Notes: generated by a model not told the origin, from the sequence alone. A stretch of 64,000 nt of DNA from Humisphaera sp. (GCA_036276235.1 DATBDZ010000403.1:7100-71099); one strand, 5' to 3'. Counted from the first letter of the stretch, positions 46,501 through 54,987 are shown. Numbers and translations are program-made.

Positions 46501-49500
46501 CGTGTTCACGGTGTAGACGTTGCCCAGCACATCGCCCACGGCGAGCCGCACTGAGAACTCAGACGTGTTGTTACCGGGATCCGTGGCGGTCGCGGCGATC
46601 AACTGGCGATTGGCAACCGCGACACTAAACGCGACCGTGAACTCGACATAGCCGTTGCCGTCCGTTGTAACATTTGCGGAGCCAATCAACGTCTTGCCCT
46701 GGCCATAGCCGGAGGCAGTGGTTGTCGGATTGCTGAAGAACTGCAGCAGGTAGTTTCGATTCGGGCGGCTATTGAGATGCCCGGAAATGGTGATCTGTCC
46801 CCCGCTGCTCATCGCGGACGTAAGGACAGGGTAGTTCTGCGGATCGGAAAAGGTAGTATCCGTGAGGCCGCTGTCATTGAGGTCAGCGGCAGTGCCGGCG
46901 CCGACATTGATTCCAACAACTTTGTTGCCATAGATGCTGTTGGAGAGGATGGCGTTGCCGTTGTCCGGCACCCAGTTTTCGACGCCGTCGTTTCCGTTGA
47001 ATGCGATGACATTTGCGGCGCCAGGATCAAGCCCGCCGACCGTTGTGTTCACCGCGCCGTTGGCTGGAATGAGCACGCCGTCCTGCAGGTTGCCCAAGGC
47101 GGTTGTGCCGTCAGCGGCGACACCAATGTAGTCTCCTCTCACAGCAACGAAGAATCCGAGGTCCACGTCAACACCATCGAGCGTGTTGCCGGAGATGACG
47201 TTGCGCGTCGCGGCAGTGGTGCCACCGATCACGCCGTTGCCATCGTCAACCAGAACACCCCAGCGATTGCCCAGCGCGGTCATCCCCGTCACGTCAGTAC
47301 CGATGTAGTTGCCCTCGACGTGGAAAGCGAACGGGCGGATGTTGTTGGGACGGAAGATTTCGATGCCAGCGTCTCCCCAGCGATTGATCACCATGCCGCG
47401 GATCGTGACGCTTGATGACGTGACATATAGTCCGCTGCCGAAGGTGGACTGTCCGCTCAATTCGATGATCGGGTTGCCCGTGAAGCCCGGCTGCGTGGTG
47501 CCGTCGATCGTGACCGCATCACTGATGAACGGCAGCGGCGACAGCGGCGTGATGGTATGCACTCCGCCGCCGCCGATGTTGAAATCGATCAGGTCCTGAC
47601 CGAAGTGATTGTTGGCGTTAAGGATTGCCTGGCGCAGTGAACCGGGCCCGCTGTCCAGCGTGTTCGTGACGAAGAAGTGGCCGGCGTTGTCGTTGTCAAT
47701 AATGTTGAGCGTCGCGGTGCTGGTGTCCTGGCTCAGCAAAGCGCCGCCGGTGGTCTGGCTCAAAGTGAGATGGATGGTCTCCGTGTGCTCGGCGATGGAG
47801 TCATCGAAGATGGGAATGGTGAAGGTCTTGACGTATTCGCCGTCGGCGAAGTTGAGCGTCCCTGAGGCGGCAAGATAATCCGAACCTGCGGTGGCGGTGC
47901 CGTCGCTGGTCGAATAGTTCACGCTCACGGCTCCGTTCGTGCCGGCGCCGCGAATTACGGTAATTTCGGCTTCGCGATCGCCTTCAGAGACATTGGCGGA
48001 AGTTTGCTGGAATTCCAGAAGGCCCGGCCCGGGGCCTTGCGCATTTAGCGCTTCCCACTGGCCGATATTCAACTCGCCATCGATATCAGGCGATTCCGGC
48101 GCGCCATCGGCGGCCTGAGGGTTCTCGCCAAAGTAATATTGGATGTGTGACCAGTCATTGAAGCCGTTGAACTTTTCGCCGGTAATGCCGTCGCCGTTGA
48201 TGTCCAGACCGGTGGTGATCGTGTCGTTGTTCGCTGTGCCGTCGTGATCGGCGTCGCTTTGACTCCAGTCCACGGGTCCGGTTTCCAGGACGAAGTTGCC
48301 TTTTGGCCCAACCGGCTCCCACCGGCCTGCGATGCCGCCGATGCCGTTGCTCTCTACAAGATTGTTCTCGTCCAATGGGTTGATAACGGTGTCGGAATAG
48401 CTCGGGGACCATACTTCAAAGTCGCCAAAGTGCTTATTGCCGTTGAGGTCAAATTCAGTGAAAGGTTCACCCGGATCTTTGACGCCGTTGTGGTTGATGT
48501 CATTGAAATCCTGAATGCCGTTGCCGTTGGTATCCTCCTTCATCCAGTCTTGTGGCGTCGTCCAGTTATAATTCATGACGCTGTTGTAATTGGGCTTGGT
48601 GTTCAAATCGTCGCCGCCACCGTGCCGCAGACCCAGCGTGTGCCCGAGTTCATGCATGAAGGTGCCGGCCTGCTGCTGGGTGGTGCCGGCCCAGCCATAG
48701 TTGAGGGTGACGATCAAATCGTTGCCGCCAACTTCGGCAATCCCTGAAGTGGTGACGTCAGTACCCCCCACGCCGTTGGTTGGTCCGCCCACCGGGCGAT
48801 TAACCGCAAAACCAAGTGCAAATAGCGCATACCGATACGTCAGACGTTTGGCGTCCATGGCAGCGGAGTTAGACCGCTGCTCGTCACTGTCGCCAAAACC
48901 CCCTATTCCATGTACGCCGGTTTGCTTGATGTCCCGGAACCAGACGAATGGGTCCTGGTCCGCCGGATCGCCATAGTCGAGACGGCCGTTGCCGTTCACA
49001 TCTTCACCCGGATCGAGTTTTCCGTTGGCGTTTCGATCTTCGCCCAGCGCATCCACGCCGTTGCCATTGCGGTCCCCGAACCACGTCTGGTCAGGGATAA
49101 CCTCGTTCAGCGCGGCGTGCAGGGTGATGCCCGTGCTCCCATCGGGGTTGGCGACCGGCGCGGCGGCAAAGGAATCAATAACAATCTGCAGGGCACCTGG
49201 GTTGGGCACGACACTCTGCATCGCGTCCACCTCAACGTAAATATCTTTGCGCATCGGATTGGCGCCGGGAAGAGTGAGATCAACCGTGCCATCTTCGTCT
49301 ATGTCGATGCCGCGCGTCTCCCAAGCGTCGGCAAGGCCGTCGGCGTCGCTGTCGATCATCGAGAACTCGGATGTGTTCCCGGTCGGATCAGTGGCCGTCG
49401 CGGAAATGAATTTTTCGTCAGGATGGAAGATTTCGCCGACGGTCACGTTGCCGTTTGAATCCGTCGTGACGGTATCAGAGGTCACGAAAGTTCGGCCGTC

Positions 49501-52500
49501 CCCGAAGCCCGAGGGGCTCGGCTCGGAGTTGGAGAAGAAGTCCAGCTTAAAGACGGTGTTCGGTGTGCTGTTGAGCGTGAATGTAATCACCGTGTTCGAG
49601 CCGCTGGCGGCGACGCCGGTGACGACTGGTGCATCCTGCACGGGATCATTCGGATGGGTGCTGTCCTGGAAGTCATTGATGGTGAAAGTGTCCGGGCTGG
49701 CCAGATTCACCAGATCGATTCCGCGGCCGGCGTTCTCGAAGATGGAGTTGGCGCGGATCGAATTGGACGCGCCGGCAGTCACCTCAACGCCGTACCCCTT
49801 TACGGCAAGTGACGCGCCGTTGAACACGATGGTATTGGGCTGCAGCTTTAAGACGCCGCCGATCACATTATGATTCGCGCCATTGAACGCCTCGACGCCA
49901 TATCTTTGGTTTCCCTCCTTGATGGTGGCGGCAGGATCTGTGCCGATGAAATTCTGATAGAGCTGATTATTAGCCGCCGTGGCTCCCGTGATGGCAACGC
50001 CATCACCTTCGTTGCCGGAAATGACGTTTCCCTGGCCAGCGACGGCGGCGCCAATGAAGTTGCCGGGGGCACCGTCGAGCCGCACTCCGTCCCCTTGATT
50101 GCCAAGGGCCTTAGCGCCGGTGCTGTCCGTGCCGATGTAATTTCCCTGTATTAAGTTGGCCGTGGCGTCTTTCCCATTGATGTACAGCCCGACGCCGTCG
50201 TTGCCGGAGATCAGGTTGCGCTTATCGGCGCCGCCGCCGACGACGTTGTTCGGCGCATTATTGATGAAGATGCCGGCTGATGAATTGGGCGCGGGCGCCG
50301 CGCCGGTCACGTCAGCGCCGATGTAGTTGGATTCGATGAAGTTGTCCGTCGCACCGGTGCCCGTGATGACAACACCGGCGCTGCCATTGCCGGAGATCAC
50401 GTTGCGTGCGCTGGCAGCGCCGCCAATGGTGTTGCCGGCAGCGCTCTCGATGAGAACACCATCCTGCACGTTGGGGACTGGTACCAGTCCCGTGATGTCC
50501 ATGCCGATGAAGTTGCCCAGGACATTGTTGCTGCTTGCCGTGCCAGAAGCTGCGCCGCTGATCACAACGCCCGATCCTGTGTTGCCGGAGATGACGTTTC
50601 CCGCCGGCCCCGACGCCGAGGGTGTGCCGGCGGCGCCGATGGTGTTCCCGGAGGAATCGAAGAGCGCCACACCATGACGCCCGTTCGGCAGCGCTTTAGC
50701 GCCCGTCGAATCCGTGCCGACGAAATTGCCCAACACGGTGGTGGTCGTCGTGCTCGATGTGATCTGTATGCCGTCGTTGCCGTTGCCGGAAATAACATTA
50801 CCCGCGCCCGGCGTGCTGCCGCCGACGACGGTGCCGACGGGTCCGTTCGGAGTAATCAGCGCGGTGAGGAACAGACCATTGCGCACGTTGGCCAGCGCGT
50901 GAAGACCGGTGATGTCAGTGCCGATGTAGTTGCCGGCGATCACATTTCCGGTGGATGTTTTGTCGCCGATTACAATGCCATCCGACGCGTTCCCGGAGAT
51001 GATATTTCGCGCCGCGGCCGTGGTTCCGCCGATCACGTTGAGCGACGATCCAAAAATATCGATGCCGTCCAGTCCATTGGGCCGCGCCAGCAAGCCGGTG
51101 ATATCCGTGCCGATTAGATTTCCCAGCACCTGGTTTCCTGTCGCCGACCCTCCGATGACAATGCCGCTTTTTGTGTTTCCCGAAATTGTGTTTCGCGCTT
51201 GGAGCGACGTGCCGCCGATGATGTTGTTGACTGAACTGTTGATCTCGACGCCGTACACAGTGTTCGGCAGCGCCGTGAGGCCGGTGACATCCAGGCCGAT
51301 GGAATTGCCGAGCACCTGGTTGGCGACGGCCCCGCTGCCCAATGCGCCAGCGCCAAGGAAAACTCCATCCTCCTTGTTGCCGGAGATGACGTTGCGCGAA
51401 CCGGGGTCTGTTCCGCCGACCGAGTTTCCGGTCGAATCGAAGATAGCCACGCCGTCGCGCCCATTAGGCAGCGGAGAAAGTCCGTCGGCGGTCGTGCCAA
51501 CGAAATTGCCCAGGATTGCGGTGCCGGTGGCGCTATTGATGATCTGTATGCCGTCGCGATTGTTGGCGGAGATGATGTTACCCGCGTGGTCGGCGGCACC
51601 GCCGATGATGGTATTGGTTGCCCCATCGATCAGAACGCCGTCGATGCCGAACCGCGGATCCGCGCTAGTGCCGGCGGTTCCATTTGCCAGCGGCGTGACG
51701 CCGTCGGCTGCAACGCCGATGTCGTTTCCCTCGACGATGTTTTTGTCGCCGCCTTTGATCCAAACGCCGGCCTGCCCGTTGCCGGAGATCACGTTGCGCA
51801 ACGCCGGTGTGGTACTTCCAACGACATTGCCCGAAGCAAAGCCGTCGCCGGGCGTCGGCGAGGGCGGTGCGCCTAATGCAACGCCATTGAGCTTATTGCC
51901 CAGCGGCAGCATGCCGGTGATGTCCGTCCCGATGAGATTCCCGACGATGGTCGTGCCTGTGGAATATTGATCCGCAACAAACACGCCGCTCTGGGCGTTG
52001 CCGGAAATCAAGTTGCCTTGGATCAGATCGTGCGGCGAATAGATTAAATGGACTCCGCTGATGTGGTTTGGCATCGCCACCGTCCCGGTCGGGTCGGTGC
52101 CTATGAAGTTTTTCAGGATGCTGTTTCCGCCGACGGCGCCGGGTCCGGTTGGCTCGGCGAAGACGATGCCATCGAACGCGAAGCTGTGGATGTCCAGCCC
52201 CGCGATCACGTTGCCGCCCACTTTGATCTCCAGCCCGTTGCAGTTGCCCGCCTGGCTTCCATCCAGCTCAATCAACGGCTTGCCCGCGTAACCGGGCTGC
52301 GTGGTGGCATCGATGGAAACCGGATCGGTAATTTGCGGAAGGAAAAACGTCGGCGCGATCTTCTGGACGCCGCCTCCGGGAATATTGAACGTAATGGCGT
52401 CAAACCCAGAATTGCTGTTGGCCTGCTGAATGGCGTCGCGCAGCGAGCCACTTCCGCTGTTGTTCACATTCGTCACGACGTACGAATTGAGCAGCGTGCG

Positions 52501-52701
52501 ATCTTCCAAGGCCTCGATCGCATAGCGAACGGCGGACTTCAGCGCGCGCGACGACGACTGACGACGCAAAGATGTACTACGCTTCAACGTGGCTCCCGCT
52601 CCAGAGATAGGCCGATCGTCTGCCGGCGACGGCGCGCCCCACAGCGCGCAAAATAAACTTTGCCGGCTCCCTTCGCTTGATAAGCGATCAATCAGCCGCA
52701 A
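40537..52701 (-). CDS. giant (about 4000 aa) multidomain surface/secreted protein: 3 beta-helix modules, metzincin-like protease, Calx-beta, PKD/Ig/MBG-like arrays
   Basis: One uninterrupted 12.2-kb ORF.
- Module heads are GSGSLRDAIQQAN, GPGSLRQAILNAN and HTSLREAIFAAN; module ends are ATATDP.GNTSEFS.
- Dozens of GN.IGTD.TG beta-helix-type repeats.
- HELGHTLGLRHGG at about 48616-48654.
- DxDxDG calcium-binding runs.
- Calx-beta-like segment at about 47700-48000.
- PKD-like and YGQNNP (MBG-like) domains.
- No ATG start: TTG 52701 or TTG 52587 are the candidates. Confidence 0.9.
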   Translation of the reverse strand: MRLIDRLSSEGSRQSLFCALWGAPSPADDRPISGAGATLKRSTSLRRQSSSRALKSAVRYAIEALEDRTLLNSYVVTNVNNSGSGSLRDAIQQANSNSGFDAITFNIPGGGVQKIAPTFFLPQITDPVSIDATTQPGYAGKPLIELDGSQAGNCNGLEIKVGGNVIAGLDIHSFAFDGIVFAEPTGPGAVGGNSILKNFIGTDPTGTVAMPNHISGVHLIYSPHDLIQGNLISGNAQSGVFVADQYSTGTTIVGNLIGTDITGMLPLGNKLNGVALGAPPSPTPGDGFASGNVVGSTTPALRNVISGNGQAGVWIKGGDKNIVEGNDIGVAADGVTPLANGTAGTSADPRFGIDGVLIDGATNTIIGGAADHAGNIISANNRDGIQIINSATGTAILGNFVGTTADGLSPLPNGRDGVAIFDSTGNSVGGTDPGSRNVISGNKEDGVFLGAGALGSGAVANQVLGNSIGLDVTGLTALPNTVYGVEINSSVNNIIGGTSLQARNTISGNTKSGIVIGGSATGNQVLGNLIGTDITGLLARPNGLDGIDIFGSSLNVIGGTTAAARNIISGNASDGIVIGDKTSTGNVIAGNYIGTDITGLHALANVRNGLFLTALITPNGPVGTVVGGSTPGAGNVISGNGNDGIQITSSTTTTTVLGNFVGTDSTGAKALPNGRHGVALFDSSGNTIGAAGTPSASGPAGNVISGNTGSGVVISGAASGTASSNNVLGNFIGMDITGLVPVPNVQDGVLIESAAGNTIGGAASARNVISGNGSAGVVITGTGATDNFIESNYIGADVTGAAPAPNSSAGIFINNAPNNVVGGGADKRNLISGNDGVGLYINGKDATANLIQGNYIGTDSTGAKALGNQGDGVRLDGAPGNFIGAAVAGQGNVISGNEGDGVAITGATAANNQLYQNFIGTDPAATIKEGNQRYGVEAFNGANHNVIGGVLKLQPNTIVFNGASLAVKGYGVEVTAGASNSIRANSIFENAGRGIDLVNLASPDTFTINDFQDSTHPNDPVQDAPVVTGVAASGSNTVITFTLNSTPNTVFKLDFFSNSEPSPSGFGDGRTFVTSDTVTTDSNGNVTVGEIFHPDEKFISATATDPTGNTSEFSMIDSDADGLADAWETRGIDIDEDGTVDLTLPGANPMRKDIYVEVDAMQSVVPNPGALQIVIDSFAAAPVANPDGSTGITLHAALNEVIPDQTWFGDRNGNGVDALGEDRNANGKLDPGEDVNGNGRLDYGDPADQDPFVWFRDIKQTGVHGIGGFGDSDEQRSNSAAMDAKRLTYRYALFALGFAVNRPVGGPTNGVGGTDVTTSGIAEVGGNDLIVTLNYGWAGTTQQQAGTFMHELGHTLGLRHGGGDDLNTKPNYNSVMNYNWTTPQDWMKEDTNGNGIQDFNDINHNGVKDPGEPFTEFDLNGNKHFGDFEVWSPSYSDTVINPLDENNLVESNGIGGIAGRWEPVGPKGNFVLETGPVDWSQSDADHDGTANNDTITTGLDINGDGITGEKFNGFNDWSHIQYYFGENPQAADGAPESPDIDGELNIGQWEALNAQGPGPGLLEFQQTSANVSEGDREAEITVIRGAGTNGAVSVNYSTSDGTATAGSDYLAASGTLNFADGEYVKTFTIPIFDDSIAEHTETIHLTLSQTTGGALLSQDTSTATLNIIDNDNAGHFFVTNTLDSGPGSLRQAILNANNHFGQDLIDFNIGGGGVHTITPLSPLPFISDAVTIDGTTQPGFTGNPIIELSGQSTFGSGLYVTSSSVTIRGMVINRWGDAGIEIFRPNNIRPFAFHVEGNYIGTDVTGMTALGNRWGVLVDDGNGVIGGTTAATRNVISGNTLDGVDVDLGFFVAVRGDYIGVAADGTTALGNLQDGVLIPANGAVNTTVGGLDPGAANVIAFNGNDGVENWVPDNGNAILSNSIYGNKVVGINVGAGTAADLNDSGLTDTTFSDPQNYPVLTSAMSSGGQITISGHLNSRPNRNYLLQFFSNPTTTASGYGQGKTLIGSANVTTDGNGYVEFTVAFSVAVANRQLIAATATDPGNNTSEFSVRLAVGDVLGNVYTVNTTDDVDDGIADATHTSLREAIFAANNHPGPDTIRFAIGSGVQTIAPLVPLPAIIDSITIDATTQPGYAGTPLIQIVGTKMEHRDLSGSPGDVHLVGLLLRANDSTIKGFAINSFYSFFDNTSDTSQWGGVPLAVGGNNNVIQGNFFGTDVTGTQILKNLQAPTVSGNNNLIGGAKPNDRNIISGNLTSGLNIHGDNNIIQGNLIGTDVTGTKALANGRGTAFGSFAIAVGGNNNTIGGTAPGAGNVISGNLGDALNVGGAGTLVQGNFIGTDITGTKAMANPGGTGIIAGSGVTIGGTIAAARNIIANNSFGIQISGAGVVVQGNFIGTDITGTVDMGNLNDGIFDAASNTLIGGTAPGAGNLISGNNRSGITVAGSSGVVSGDVIEGNFIGTKADGVSPLGNGFDGVSVAADFGLGTNGFSVIGGMIGGTDPGAGNVIAFNGHAGVNILAGQNIGILSNRIFANASLGIDLNGNGVTPNDAGDADSGDNNLQNYPVLATAATDGVKTTITGTLNSAPGAAFLLQFFANAAADPTGFGQGQTPLGAHFVSTDASGNASFTFTFNTAVPVGQFITATATDLLNNTSEFSQALAMTSGVIAPNRPPTANAGGPYTINEGDTLALDGSLSDDPDSDPITISWDINGDGVFGDATGPKPTFTWAQLAAFGIVNGPSSFAVKVRVDDGQGHVVISSPTTLAVLNVAPTVDAEPSLQQVFEVDPVNLKGTFTDPGTQDTYTLNWHVTSTNGQVIADGSGANFSFVPNDNGTYMATFTVTDSDGGIGSSTVQINVSNVPPVAHIIGLPAQGQVGVPINLTAPASDISPVDTAAGFQYSWEAFQEDDEADFFASTPDFSFTPTVPGTYDVFLHVYDKDFGVARDFQTIVIVAAPGVAPTVSAGPDATINEGDHYASSGSFIDPDDETWTATVDYGDGSGAQPLDLNDDKTFDLDHVYNAAGTFGVVVTVLDSSGLSGSATTHVTVKNVITPTSLAAASASGTYGGQTTLSATLSAAGTGIAGKLVTFQLNGAAVGTAATNASGVATLPAVSLVGLNAGQVGITALFAGDAQYASTNGTATLTIAKAPLSVVVDGKSRVYGQNNPQLTGTLAGVVGGDNISAVYSTIATNISPVGPYPIGASLLDPSGRLGNYNVSITPGTLTVLKTTLAGSGSFFTTSEGTPLVGTVVATFTSDNPIATTADFSASIDWGDGHTSFGNVVLAAGTFQVVGSNTYADNGNYSMAITIHDNAGQGSASQTAQATVLNVPPNVTLGTVPPITVGTPFTIGGSFTDPGADTWTAVVNYGDGTGNLPLTLAADKTFSLNHTYSSAGTFSILVSVTDDDGGKGTAGASVTATIKPAQTSIAATAASATYGGTTTLSATLTAGGTPLSGRSLLFKLNGVTVGSINTDSNGVATISNISIGTLGAGSAKIDVSFAGDQNNLPSSNSATLSIAKGSLSVTADGKSRVYGQNNPPFTGTITGIQNGDNITAVYSTTAGVTSPVGPYAINVSLLDPGSKLANYNVSITPGTLSVQATTLTAVGKSISGSEGTALSGVIVASFISNNPIATAGDFSATINWGDGHTSPGTVTLAGGVFSVSGNNTYADNGSFTISISIKDNAGQGTASPTAQAATIANIAPTPTINGAPSSSTIGMLISLTGAATDPSSADTTAGFTFAWLVTKTKGSLTTNFATGSGAAFSFTPDDAGVYTIKLTATDKDGGSSDTSRTINVTAAATGSGIILLSNSKRGALTASGNAKLQTSGAVSVNSSDAAAVVVSGNASIGASEFDVTGGTSTSGHGTISGPISKHAPALDPLADLPAPSTSGLIVRSTKTLQISGNTTIVLSPGLYIGGINISGQAHVTLSPGIYYIKGGGFTVSGQAMLTDLGKGVMIYNDAASAADGISFTGNGRVQLSPISSGIYQGITLFQSRSATATISVTGNGNLSVTGAVYAASAGLSVTGNGGTDMKGTPLDTFGSLLIVDNLNVTGNGTMTVG

Positions 52702-52947
52702 ACGAGTTGAAAAGACCGGCGGAAAGTATTGGAAATGGATCCGAGGAACTTAAAGCTCCCCAAACAGCATTCGCTCGCCCTCGCGCCGGCCTGATGAGCG
52801 TTATCCTAAGATCACGTGCGCAGGATTCAACAAGAAAATCCAGCCTGCTACGCGTCCTTTTGACGCTGCTCATGAGCCCGGTGATTGGGCCAGGCCGTCC
52901 TTCTATATTTCCCGTCCCGCGTGTCAAAATGGGTTGGTTTGCCAATT

Positions 52948-53794
52948 TTAACGGTCACCAAATTGCTTTCCGATTACACTTTGCCCGTCGGAAAGGGAAA
53001 TCGAGAAGACGCCGCTTTTTGGAGCGGTTCGCGTGAAGCCACTCTTAGGCACTTCCCGCAAGTGATAAGAACCGGCGGGGACCACGAAATTGAACTTGCC
53101 GTCAGGGCCGGTCGTGTAGCTTGCCTCGCCCGCGTTAAGCTTCCCGTTGTTGTTTGTATCGAGATAGACTACCCACCCAGAAAGCCCAAGCTCGCCCCCA
53201 TCTTGCGTACCGCTGGCATTTGTGTCTTTGAAAACAACACCGCTGATCAAAGCCCGTGTCGTATCGGCAAATATCTTGCCGGTCGTGCTTTGACCAGCCG
53301 AAAGTGTGACGTCGAGGTAGCCCTGCGTCGGGCTGGTCGCTCGCGAGCCTGCTGGTAGTATCTGGCGGATGCAATAGGTCCCGGCGGTCAGCGTTTTGAA
53401 TGTGAACGTGCCGTCGGATGCCGTGAGAGTCGACGGCTCGCCAGTGTCGAGCGTGCCACAAGTGATCGCCGTCCGCCAACGTTGTCGTATTCCCATTGAA
53501 CGCGAAGCCATGTCCCGCGCCCGCCGTTCCCGCCCCCTCGTCCGTACCATCTACGAAGAACTCGACGTGATCCAAGTTCGAGTCGGTCGCGGTTGCGACG
53601 AGAACGAGCGGACCCTGCGCGAAGCTGTTGTTCGCCGGCGAAGTGGCGGTGATTACCGGGGCGGCGGTATCCACAGTGAACGTAAACGACGGAACGTTGA
53701 CGGTGACATTCCCCGCATTGTCGGTGGCGCGTGCCTGTTCCGTGTAAGAACCGTCTCCCAAGCCGCTAAGGCTGTAATTCCAGGAGTCAAACAA
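52948..53794 (-). pseudogene. 5'-truncated and frame-disrupted Ig-like / SdrD-B(Cna-B)-like surface protein gene
   Basis: Two overlapping ORFs (53135..53794 and 52948..53550) carry consecutive parts of one protein: an Ig-like YSLSGLGDGSYTEQARATDNAGN..FTVDTAAPV part, then Cna-B-like ISGVVFKDTNASGTQDGGELGLSGWVVYLDTNNNGK. The frame switches near 53440-53480. There is no start or signal peptide. Confidence 0.5.
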
Positions 53795-53826
53795 AACACC
53801 CCTTGTAAGTGTTGACTTACAAGGGG
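53788..53826 (-). terminator. intrinsic terminator of tRNA-Ile
   Basis: 11-bp stem CCCCTTGTAAG / CTTACAAGGGG (53799-53826), followed on the minus strand by TGTTTTGTTTG. Confidence 0.7.
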
Positions 53827-53833
53827 TTAATGA

Positions 53834-53907
53834 TGGGCCCGAGAAGAGTCGAACTTCTGACCTCGTCCTTATCAGGGACGCGCTCTAACCAACTGAGCTA
53901 CGAGCCC
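53834..53907 (-). tRNA. tRNA-Ile (anticodon GAU)
   Basis: Hand-folded cloverleaf: GGGCTCG TA GCTC AGTTGGTTA GAGC G CGTCC CTGATAA GGACG AGGTC AGAAG TTCGACT CTTCT CGGGCCC A. CCA is not encoded. Confidence 0.9.
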
Positions 53908-54110
53908 GGGTTTTTCTCCGCTTCCGTGCCGTCCTATCGGTCGGAAACGGCGTCGGATTGTATGGCGGACGCAGCGCCTGTCAATCACGATGCGATGCCG
54001 TTGAGACATTAGGTGATGTCTGTGAACAGCCTCGCCGCCGAGCCCCTCGCCTACGGACGGTGATTGAATCACCGAAGCGCTCTGCGGCTTTGCGCTTTCA
54101 GATGATTCGA

Positions 54111-54953
54111 TCATTTCGGCGCTGCACCTTGCGGCTCTCCCACCGTCACCCTGCCGATGTAGGCGACGGCTTTGCCGTCTTTATCCATGGAGCCGGCGTC
54201 TACCGTCATCACGATGAATGACTTGCGCGGCTGGACGGGGCCTTTGTGCGACAAGGTCGCTGAGTGAATGATTGGGGATTTGGCGTCGCCGTTTTGCAGG
54301 GCGCTTTCCAGCATCGAGGAGACCTCGATGCTCAGGTCCAGGTCCAAGCCGGCGGTGTCGGCTTTTCCCGCCAATGAGAATATCGCGCCCGTGTGGAGGT
54401 AGGCGATTGTGTTCATGACCTGTCCGCGCGCGGTCATGTTCGAGCCGGTGACGTAGGGGACTTGCGCGCCGATGGAAACTGTGTCGCCGGACAGACGGAT
54501 GGATTGATCGGCGCGGTACATCGGCTTGGCGGTCCCCAGCGCACCGAGCGCCTTTTCGAAGGCGTCCGCGCTGTCGGCGGCGTTGGCCAGGGCGGCGACA
54601 TCCAGCCGTCCGATTTGCTCGGCGGGAATGCGCACGTCGTAGAGGGTTGCGCTGAAGGTGCAGGTGGGACCTTCGCCGAGAACAGGAGTGCGGGAGATTG
54701 TTGAGGATCCAAAGCCGCCCCGTCCGCCGCCGCCAGCCATAACACCGCCGCCCGCCATAACACCACCGCCTCCAAAGCCGGACGCGGCACGGGTGGCCGG
54801 AGCATCGGTGCGTGGTCCGCGGCGGCCGGCGCCGCTGGGCGGTTCCTGCTGCTGCGCCTCAAGCAGGGTCGCGGGGGCGAGCGCCATCAGTAGAAACAGA
54901 ATTGTCGCAATCTTGCTCAGGCTGGTCGCGGACGTTTTCTTTCGCGCGTTCAT
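54111..54953 (-). CDS. secreted paralogue of the BlaR1-like sensor domain (secretin-like beta domain, tentative)
   Basis: Signal peptide and a Gly-rich linker. The next ~200 aa are collinear with the C-terminal domain of the upstream M56 protein (GEGPTC.F.ATLYDVR.P...IG.L ... KDGKAVAYI.RVTVG). Confidence 0.75.
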   Translation of the reverse strand: MNARKKTSATSLSKIATILFLLMALAPATLLEAQQQEPPSGAGRRGPRTDAPATRAASGFGGGGVMAGGGVMAGGGGRGGFGSSTISRTPVLGEGPTCTFSATLYDVRIPAEQIGRLDVAALANAADSADAFEKALGALGTAKPMYRADQSIRLSGDTVSIGAQVPYVTGSNMTARGQVMNTIAYLHTGAIFSLAGKADTAGLDLDLSIEVSSMLESALQNGDAKSPIIHSATLSHKGPVQPRKSFIVMTVDAGSMDKDGKAVAYIGRVTVGEPQGAAPK

Positions 54954-54987
54954 GATGGGTCCCTTCGTGGAAGTGATGGGTGTCTGA

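Noticed and set aside
44791-46554. 587-aa plus-strand ORF (and many shorter ones) inside the giant gene
   Set aside because: These are antisense frames kept open by the GC-rich, repetitive coding strand. Their peptides are low-complexity (Gly/Arg/Ala/Asp) with no motifs.
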